From contig NZ_CP042911.1 of assembly GCF_008065095.1 (NCBI RefSeq), positions 4,080,001-4,112,000 on the forward strand: DNA of 32,000 nt. The letters run 5' to 3'. This DNA is from Gemmata obscuriglobus. GTDB lineage: Bacteria > Planctomycetota > Planctomycetia > Gemmatales > Gemmataceae. The position numbers and the translations under genes were made by a program. Every line of letters begins with the position of its first letter. Position 1 is the stretch's first letter. Positions 15,456-22,257 of this stretch are shown here, in pieces. The notes under the pieces were generated by a model, which worked only from the letters and a program-made list of their open reading frames with translations, ran no database searches and was not told where the DNA came from.

Positions 15456-15499
15456 GATCGGCGGGGCGCTGTAACGGGGGTTACAGCGCCCCGCCGGTC
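15456..15499. repeat. 20-bp palindromic hairpin (17 perfect bp plus 3 bp with one G-U) with GGGG loop
   Basis: cggcggggcgctgtaac (15459-15475), gggg loop, gttacagcgccccgccg (15480-15496). The flanking gat/gtc extend the stem. There is no T tract on either side. Confidence 0.85.
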
Positions 15500-15933
15500 G
15501 CTGCCGACTGGTCACCAGAGGGACATTCGCTGGCCGTTGACTGGTCACGGGCTGGCAATTCGATGGGTGGTCGCTCCCCACAAAATCACACCCTTTGCCC
15601 TGCGATCGCGGCTCGCCGGACAGACACGACACATTGCTGATGGAGGCGAATCCGTAGACGTAATGCGTTTTCAGGATTACATTTGCGTGCGGTTGTCATT
15701 AATTGGTCGCTTCCCGTTCAGGGCCGAATCCCGGTGTCAGCCGCTTCGCTTGGTGCCGTTGCGGCTGATGTTCAAAAGTCCGGAATTCCCTCGCAAGGGA
15801 AATGAAGGTGGGGCAATGCCGATCGGGCAGATCGGCCGATGTGTGACGGTTCGGCAGTTCGTAGGGACTTGTCTGTTTTTCAGTGCGATTCCGCCGGTCG
15901 CCTTCGTTGTGGATGTTCCACCGGTCGGATAAT

Positions 15934-16371
15934 TTAGCCGGGTGCGATACGGCTTACTGGAGCTTGATCGAGTTCGGGCGCTCCGGCGGTGATGGGATCG
16001 TATGGCACCAGCCACTGGAGCACCTCGACACGGTTACCATCGGGGTCCGATACGAAAAAGCGGTCGGCGCCGTGGATCAGTGTCGTTTCCTGAATGGGAA
16101 TGCCGTGTTCGGTGAAGTGGCGGCGGGCGGCTTGGGCGTCGGTGACACGAAGGCAGAAGTGCCGCGGGCTGCGGGTGTCCGGCTCGTTTTTCAACAGGAG
16201 ATGAAGTGTGTGTCCGCCGCCGAGGTCGTACCACAAAGCAACGAAGTCGAAGGTTTTCGGTTTGGGAATCTCCTTCAAACCCAGCACGTCGTTGTAAAAC
16301 CGCCGACTCCGGGCCACGTCCGTGATGATAACAGAGACGTGGTCAATGTGAGTCACAGTCAGACCGGGCAT
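15934..16371 (-). CDS. VOC (glyoxalase/bleomycin-resistance/dioxygenase) family protein
   Basis: 145-aa ORF. HIDHVSVIITDVARSRRFYNDVLGL..., ...HFCLRV... and FVSDPDGNRVEV are typical VOC-fold motifs. Confidence 0.85.
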   Translation of the reverse strand: MPGLTVTHIDHVSVIITDVARSRRFYNDVLGLKEIPKPKTFDFVALWYDLGGGHTLHLLLKNEPDTRSPRHFCLRVTDAQAARRHFTEHGIPIQETTLIHGADRFFVSDPDGNRVEVLQWLVPYDPITAGAPELDQAPVSRIAPG

Positions 16372-16932
16372 CGAACACCTCCAGCGCGGGGCGTACCAAC
16401 CAAGGTTATCCTACTCGCGACGGAAGTCGGTGCTGTGGGTGCCGGGAGCGCATGGTTCCTGTGTCTGATGGTCCGTGGCCGACCTGACCTCCGCCCCGTT
16501 CGTTCTCGGCATTTTGTGGTGACGGGTTGGGAACCTGCGCCGCGATCAGGGAACTCTGCCATCAGCCGAAAGAACGACGGGGCGCTTGCTATAAGGCTGT
16601 CCGCCCGAACGGGCAGCGGAACGGGCTTCTCCCGCCGAGCGGCATGGCAAACGTCGTCGGAAAGGATCGGGGCTGCGCGGCGCCGATTGCAGGTCGATTC
16701 GGCAGCGTCTTAACCGCCACAGCAATCAGACTGGGACACGAATGGGCGGCGAATTCGGGCGGTCGGAATTTCTCCACACCTCTCGGGGGCTCAAATTGGT
16801 ACACTCGCTTGGTGCCGCCGAACCTCCCCTCCGGCGTGCTCGCGGCTGCCAGGTTGCACCATTCGTGGTGAACGTCGCTCAGACCCGCGCCGCACAATTT
16901 CCGTTGACCCACATTCGTTGAGGTTCGCACTC

Positions 16933-18735
16933 ATGCACCGTCGGATCACGTTCGCCCTGGCCGTTTTGGCCGTGGGCGCGCTCGTGGCCGCAGATCGGCT
17001 CCCGCGGGCGTCGGCCGCAGAGCCCGAAGTCGCCGGCAACTGGCTCCTCACGACTTCCCCCCGGGCGGGGATCGAGCAGGCCTACGCCATCATCAAGGTA
17101 GAACTGAAGGACGGCAAGCCGCAGGCCTCGGTTCTGCACTCGCCGCTCAAGGGATTGAAACTGAGCGTGAGCAAGTTCGCCGTCAGCGGCACCACGATCA
17201 CGTTCGACAGCAGCATCGGCTGGGCATTCGAGGGATCGCTGGACCGGGGCGGTAAGGTCGCCGTCGGCAGCTTCGGTTCCGATCAACTCCCTAACCGGGC
17301 GAAGCTGACCCGCACCGACAAGACGGAACTGACCGCCGACGAGGCCATCGCCAAGACCGACGTACCGGCGCCGGCCGCGCAGGCCCAGAAGCTCAACGCC
17401 GCGCCGCTGCCGCTGCGGAACCAGGCCATGCGGGAGAAGGACGCCCAGAAGCGGGGCGAGTTGATGGCGAAGGCCACGGCGGCCCAGAAGGAGGCCGACG
17501 AGAAGGTGCCGGGGCTGCTCCGCGAGGTGCTGTCCGACCACAAGGACACCCTGTTCGCGCTCGACGCCGCTCTGGAACTGGTGCGGCGCGGGGCCAAGTC
17601 CAAGCTGACCGCCGACGAGGCCGGCCAGTTGCTGGCCCTGATCGAGCAGCGGACGGCCGGGTACGGCCCGCGGTACGCGCAACTGCAAACGATCGCGGCG
17701 GTCGAGGCGGTGGTCGCTCAGAAGGCCCTCGCGGGCACCGCGGAAGGGGCCGCCGAGCGGCTGTCCAAGGCGGCCGGGGCGTCGGCCGAGTTCCGGGGGC
17801 GCGCCCTGACGGCCCGCAAGGCCGCGCTCGAGGCCCTGGGCCGCGGCGACGACGCCAAGGCGGTGGCCGGGGAGATCGCGAAGCTGGAGGTGCAGATCGA
17901 CACCGAGTACCTGGCCAAGGTGCCGCCGTTCAAGCCGACGGCGTTCGCCGGCCGCAAGGACAAGAGCGCGAACCGGGTGGCGGTGCTGGAGCTGTTCACC
18001 GGCGCCCAGTGCCCGCCGTGCGTGGCCGCCGACGTGGCGTTCGACGCGCTGCTCAAGTCGCACAAGGCGACGGACCTGGTGCTGCTCCAGTACCACATGC
18101 ACATCCCTGGACCCGACCCGCTCACCAACCCGGCCACCGTGGCCCGCTGGGACTACTACCAAAAGGAGTTCCCGGACGACATGCGGGGCACCCCGAGCAC
18201 CCTGTTTAACGGCAAGCCGCTGGCTGGCGGGGGCGGGGGCATGGCGAACGCCGAGAGCAAGTACAAACAGTACGCCGACATCATCGCCCCGCTGCTGGAA
18301 GAGACGACCGCGGTGAAGGTGGCCGGGAAGGTGACCCGAACAGGCGACAAGCTGGACATCGCCGTGGAGGTGACCGGGGCCGAGGGCGAGGACACCCGGC
18401 TGCGGCTCTTGGTGGTGGAGGAGAACATCAAGTACGTGGGCGGTAACAAGCTCCGGTTCCACCACCAGGTGGTGCGGGCGACCGCTGGCGGCGCGGACGG
18501 GGTGGCGGTCAAGGACAAGGCGTTCGCGCACACCGCGACCGTGGACCTGGGCACGGTCCGCAAGGACCTGACCACGTACCTGGACGAGTTCGCGCGGATG
18601 CGGCCGTTCCCGAACCCGGCCCGGCCGCTCGATCTGAAGGGTCTGCGGGTCGTCGCGCTGGTCCAGAACGACAAGACCAAAGAGATCCTTCAGGCCGCGC
18701 AGATTGATGTGCAAGGGGCGGAAGGCTCGCGCTGA
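16933..18735 (+). CDS. secreted protein with Ala/Lys/Glu-rich helical middle region and C-terminal thioredoxin-fold-like CPPC region
   Basis: The ATG at 16933 gives MHRRITFALAVLAVGALVAA (signal-like). ELFTGAQCPPCVAAD looks like a CxxC redox motif. The coding frame is clear compared with the Arg-rich antisense shadow ORF 16879..18831. Confidence 0.75.
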   Translation: MHRRITFALAVLAVGALVAADRLPRASAAEPEVAGNWLLTTSPRAGIEQAYAIIKVELKDGKPQASVLHSPLKGLKLSVSKFAVSGTTITFDSSIGWAFEGSLDRGGKVAVGSFGSDQLPNRAKLTRTDKTELTADEAIAKTDVPAPAAQAQKLNAAPLPLRNQAMREKDAQKRGELMAKATAAQKEADEKVPGLLREVLSDHKDTLFALDAALELVRRGAKSKLTADEAGQLLALIEQRTAGYGPRYAQLQTIAAVEAVVAQKALAGTAEGAAERLSKAAGASAEFRGRALTARKAALEALGRGDDAKAVAGEIAKLEVQIDTEYLAKVPPFKPTAFAGRKDKSANRVAVLELFTGAQCPPCVAADVAFDALLKSHKATDLVLLQYHMHIPGPDPLTNPATVARWDYYQKEFPDDMRGTPSTLFNGKPLAGGGGGMANAESKYKQYADIIAPLLEETTAVKVAGKVTRTGDKLDIAVEVTGAEGEDTRLRLLVVEENIKYVGGNKLRFHHQVVRATAGGADGVAVKDKAFAHTATVDLGTVRKDLTTYLDEFARMRPFPNPARPLDLKGLRVVALVQNDKTKEILQAAQIDVQGAEGSR

Positions 18736-18917
18736 GTGAGGGCTCCAGTCGCGTGAGGCGGTCGGGACCACGGCATCGGTCCCGGCCCGCCTCGCTGGAC
18801 TGAGGCGGCAGCCGTTCGACGGTTCGTCCACAGCGGTCGCGTTCGAAATGCACTTTTCTGCGCGTCAGCCGAGTGTGTTCGTCCAAGGGAGTCGGGTGTG
18901 AGGAACGGACGAGCCCG

Positions 18918-20912
18918 TCACCCTTTCTTCGAGTGCAGAAGCGCGGCAAGTTCCGCCGCCGATTGGAACCGCCGCTCCGGGTTCTTGTCGAGGAGGCGAA
19001 GTACGACCTCTTCGAGCCATTCGGGGATGTCCGGTCGGATTTGGCGCGGGGGAACCGGGGCCGTGGAGCACACCGCGTAGAGGATCGCCATCAGCGCCTT
19101 CCCGCGGACGGGCGGTTGGCCCGTACAGAGGGCGTAGAGCACCCCGCCGAGGCTGAACAGGTCCGACACGGCGGTCACACTGTGCCCGTGAACCTGCTCG
19201 GGGGACATGAAGTGTGGGGTGCCGACCATTGCACCCTGTTGCGACATCTTGGCGTCGTCGCCGCTGCGCGCCAGCCCGAAATCGGCCAGTTTCGCCGTCC
19301 CGGTCTCGCTTTCCAGGATCACGTTGGCGGGTTTGATGTCCCGGTGAACGATCCCCTTCCGGTGGGCCGCGGCCAGCCCGGAGGCGATTTGGGCGCCGAG
19401 GTTCACGATCTGCGGCACCGGGATCGGGTGGCGCTGCTCGATGTACCGGTCGAGCGGCTCCCCCTCGACCAGTTCCATCGCCAGGTAGGGGAGCCCGGCG
19501 GCCTCCCGGACGGCGTACACGGTGACGACGTTGTCGTGTCGGATCGCGGCACACGCCCGGGCCTCGCGGGCGAACCGCTCGCGGGCGATGGGGTTGGCGC
19601 TCGTCTCCGGGGATATCATCTTGACCGCCACCCACCGCGCCAGGCTCGGCTCGAATGCCTTGAACACGACCCCCATGGCCCCGCGGCCCAGGACCGAGCG
19701 CAGCTCGTACTCGCCGAGCCGGCACCCGCGCGCGGGCAGCTCGCGGAGGAAGTCCGGCTGGAACTCGGGCAGCACCGGCCCGACGTTCACGCGCGTCGGC
19801 TGCTCGTGGCCGACGAACGGTGTGTGCCGGGCGGCCGCCCACACGTCGACGCGGGTCGCCGGGGCCTGGCGCGGCGCGGGCGGGCGCGACGGGGCCGGGG
19901 CGCGGCGGAACTTCGACCCCGGTGCCGCATGCGACCGGTTGGCGCCGAGCAGGTGCGCCATCTCCTGTGCGCCAGCCGACAGCACCTCGGCGAAGTCCGG
20001 GCAGTCGCGCACATCCCGGTTCAGCAGTTCGCCGAACTCGGTGATCTTCGGCACCACGCCGCGCATGAACCGGATCAGCGCCGGCTGGGGCAGGTCGTAC
20101 CGGGTGCGGGCCACGAGCAGCACGTAATCCAGGAGGTCCGGGTATCGGATTACGGTGTCGAGGTTGGCGAGCAGCCCCGAGAAGTAGAGCAGCTCGGCCC
20201 GGCGCCGCAGGATGACGGGGCCGCCGGCGAGCTGGTCGGGGTTGTGGTGGTGGCGGATCGGCTCGACGACTTCCGGGGGCAGCTTCCAGCCGGCGAGGAG
20301 TTCCGCGCTGATCTCCGCGTGGCTGATGCCGAACACCTCGGTTTCGGCCTCGCACGCCTCGGACAGCAGCCGGTCGCCCCACCGCTCGGTCAGGTCCGCC
20401 CAGTCGTCGGGGTACGATTGTTGGAGCAGCACCGCGCCCAGGTCGCGGAGCAACCCGGCTACCATGTCGTCGGCCGGGCTGCTCCGGGGCTGGAGCGCGG
20501 AGAGCTCGTAAGCGATCAGCGCGCCGGCAACCGAGTTGATCTGGTTCGCCCGGGTGAGCGGGTCCGATTGAGCGCCTTTCGCGGCCGGCATCGACAGGCT
20601 CAGGACCAGTGAGCGCACCGTGCCCAGCCCGAGGACGGTGACGGCGCGGTCCAGCGAGGTGATCGGCTTGCTGCGCCCGTACAGGCACGAGTTCACAACC
20701 TTCAGCAGCCGCGCGCAGAGGGCGGGGTCCTGCCCCAGGAGCGAGACGATTTCGTCCGGATCGCAGTTCGGCCGGCTCGCGGCGTTTACGACCTGCAGCG
20801 CGAGCGCCGGGGGGGTCGGGAGGCGGCGCGGGTCCATGACCGCCGCAAGAATGCTGTTACGGTTGTGTGGCATGGCTGTGGGCGTGTCCGGGACGAGGGG
20901 TGGCGCGGACAC
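18918..20912 (-). CDS. HDOD domain - Ser/Thr protein kinase fusion
   Basis: The N-terminus (LPTPPALALQVVNAAS...LLKVVNSCLYG...ITSLDRAVTVLG) is HDOD-like. The C-terminal half has kinase motifs: LGRGAMGVVFKA, VAVK, HRDIKPANVIL, DFGLAR, SPEQ. Confidence 0.85.
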   Translation of the reverse strand: MSAPPLVPDTPTAMPHNRNSILAAVMDPRRLPTPPALALQVVNAASRPNCDPDEIVSLLGQDPALCARLLKVVNSCLYGRSKPITSLDRAVTVLGLGTVRSLVLSLSMPAAKGAQSDPLTRANQINSVAGALIAYELSALQPRSSPADDMVAGLLRDLGAVLLQQSYPDDWADLTERWGDRLLSEACEAETEVFGISHAEISAELLAGWKLPPEVVEPIRHHHNPDQLAGGPVILRRRAELLYFSGLLANLDTVIRYPDLLDYVLLVARTRYDLPQPALIRFMRGVVPKITEFGELLNRDVRDCPDFAEVLSAGAQEMAHLLGANRSHAAPGSKFRRAPAPSRPPAPRQAPATRVDVWAAARHTPFVGHEQPTRVNVGPVLPEFQPDFLRELPARGCRLGEYELRSVLGRGAMGVVFKAFEPSLARWVAVKMISPETSANPIARERFAREARACAAIRHDNVVTVYAVREAAGLPYLAMELVEGEPLDRYIEQRHPIPVPQIVNLGAQIASGLAAAHRKGIVHRDIKPANVILESETGTAKLADFGLARSGDDAKMSQQGAMVGTPHFMSPEQVHGHSVTAVSDLFSLGGVLYALCTGQPPVRGKALMAILYAVCSTAPVPPRQIRPDIPEWLEEVVLRLLDKNPERRFQSAAELAALLHSKKG

Positions 20913-21098
20913 ATCTTCTCCTTACGCCCGTTCGGGGCGCCAATAACCACTCTACCGCAACGGTGCGGTGCGAACGGGGTGGAGTCAACCGACGGACGGG
21001 TCGGAACCGGATCGGTGCCGGACCGTGTTGATGTGATTCAGGCCGCGGGCGCAGTTTTCAGCCCTCACGCAGGGCGCGTGCGGTCGGAGCCGAACGCA

Positions 21099-21152
21099 CG
21101 GTAACGTCGGCCGTGCCGGGCGAGATGTCGCCCGGCACGGCCGACGTTACCG
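21099..21152. repeat. 25-bp perfect inverted repeat (hairpin) with GATG loop
   Basis: cggtaacgtcggccgtgccgggcga (21099-21123) is the exact reverse complement of tcgcccggcacggccgacgttaccg (21128-21152). Confidence 0.9.
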
Positions 21153-21205
21153 ACAACGACTTGGGCCGGCTTTAGTCGCGTGTTAGTGGATTATATCTTT
21201 GTGGA

Positions 21206-21264
21206 CCCGATATTGTTGTCGGTGCGATTTTGTGCTCCAATGCCGCACCGACAACAATGTCGGG
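21206..21264. repeat. 21-bp inverted repeat (one G-U) with 17-nt loop
   Basis: cccgatattgttgtcggtgcg (21206-21226) pairs with cgcaccgacaacaatgtcggg (21244-21264). It lies 38 nt downstream (minus sense) of the small ORF stop. Confidence 0.85.
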
Positions 21265-21301
21265 ACCACATCAGGCGAACATAACACGCCGGGCTCGCTT
21301 A

Positions 21302-21403
21302 TTACTTGCCGCAGCTGCTGCACCCAGACGAGGCGGTGCGACAGCCCGAGGCGCCGGTGAACGCAACCGAGGCGATGATCAGAGCGATGAGGAGAGCGCG
21401 CAT
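21302..21403 (-). CDS. candidate 33-aa Cys-rich lipoprotein/secreted peptide (not in the ORF track, below 60 aa)
   Basis: Minus-strand ATG at 21403 with GGAAGGGA about 8 nt upstream. It translates to MRALLIALIIASVAFTGASGCRTASSGCSSCGK, that is a signal peptide, a lipobox-like ASGC, and then a 13-aa tail with 3 Cys. Third codon positions are almost all G/C, as in neighbouring genes. Confidence 0.45.
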   Translation of the reverse strand: MRALLIALIIASVAFTGASGCRTASSGCSSCGK

Positions 21404-21602
21404 GAAAGGTCCCTTCCGTGGCAGGCGAGAGTGACCGGCCGTCGTGGCCGGGGCTGATTCCCGTCGCGACACCGCGACCGGGAACTAGTGTGGAATATCG
21501 GCTTCTTTTCGGGGATGATGGAGCATCGGAATCACCGCGCGTGACGAGAAATGTCTCTGGCGGTCGGGCGGCACTGATGGTTCCGGTTATGCGGGTGCGA
21601 CC

Positions 21603-21905
21603 GTGCATTACCTCCTGCTGTACGAAGTGGTTTCGGACTACGCCGAGCGGCGCGGGGCTTACCGGGCGGCCCATCTGGCACACGCTTGGGCCGCAGCGGA
21701 CCGTGGGGAGTTACTGTTGGGCGGTGCGTTCGCCGACCCGGTCGACGGGGCCGTACTGCTTTTCCGGACCGATTCGCCAGTGGTGGCGGAGGCGTTCGCG
21801 GCCGCCGACCCGTATGTGCTCAACGGGTTAGTGACGAACTGGCGGGTGCGCAAGTGGACCACTGTGGTCGGAGAGGGGGCTGCAAACCCGTTGCGCACAC
21901 TTTAA
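21603..21905 (+). CDS. YciI-like family protein
   Basis: 100-aa ORF with a GTG start. MHYLLLYEVVSDYAERRGAYRAAHLAHAW...GELLLGGAF...PYVLNGLV fits the YciI/DGPF-type pattern. Confidence 0.8.
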   Translation: MHYLLLYEVVSDYAERRGAYRAAHLAHAWAAADRGELLLGGAFADPVDGAVLLFRTDSPVVAEAFAAADPYVLNGLVTNWRVRKWTTVVGEGAANPLRTL

Positions 21906-22257
21906 GTGCTGGGTGTCCTGTTCGGATCGCACGGATGGCAACCTCAGCCAGTCCCGCAGGACCGCATGATCCGGCGGCCCGTCGGCCATGACCCGGGGTT
22001 CGTGCCCGAGAGCGGCCGTCATCACCTTTCACGCGCAGGGCCGCACGGGCCAACAGAAGTTGTAGCGGCAGTAACGGAACGCGGTGGCCGCTCGGTGCGT
22101 GTCCCAGTCCTTCGAGAACCCGTCGCTGTTCCGCACCTTGCGGCTGCATGAGGTTGCGATGTGCGGTCACGCCGCCCTCGTCGGTGGCGGTGCGGCGGCA
22201 TTATCAGCTTGGCCGCCCGGACCGCGCGGAGTGAAGCTGACGAGCTACCAACAGGTG

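Noticed and set aside
15321-15632. 103-aa minus-strand ORF inside the low-GC island, in the same codon register as the small Zn-ribbon gene.
   Set aside because: The translation (…PRSQGKGCDFVGSDHPSNCQPVTSQRPANVPL…) has no protein-like features or SD. It does not explain the long plus-strand open frame.
16879-18831. 650-aa minus-strand ORF antisense to the secreted CPPC protein gene. Similar cases are 24934..26739 (+), 18873..20612 (+), 18865..20688 (-), 3083..4747 (+), 5107..6156 (+), 1887..3218 (+), 10640..11800 (+) and 30952..31749 (-).
   Set aside because: The translations are Arg/Gly/Pro/His-rich and low-complexity with no motifs. Each lies fully opposite an ORF with clear family signatures. 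Long shadow ORFs of this kind are expected in high-GC DNA.
18830-18860. GTTCGAAAT motif suggesting a tRNA T-loop.
   Set aside because: The flanking bases do not form a T-stem, and no acceptor or anticodon arms can be drawn. I found no other tRNA-like T-loop motif in the window.
22029-22136. 35-aa minus-strand ORF (VRNSDGFSKDWDTHRAATAFRYCRYNFCWPVRPCA) with high GC3 in the convergent spacer between the YciI and esterase genes. It is followed in another frame by MTAALGHEPRVMADGPP...
   Set aside because: It has only a GTG start with no SD, and I recognised no family. The GC3 excess is weak evidence at this background composition. It is possibly a gene remnant, but I cannot support that.
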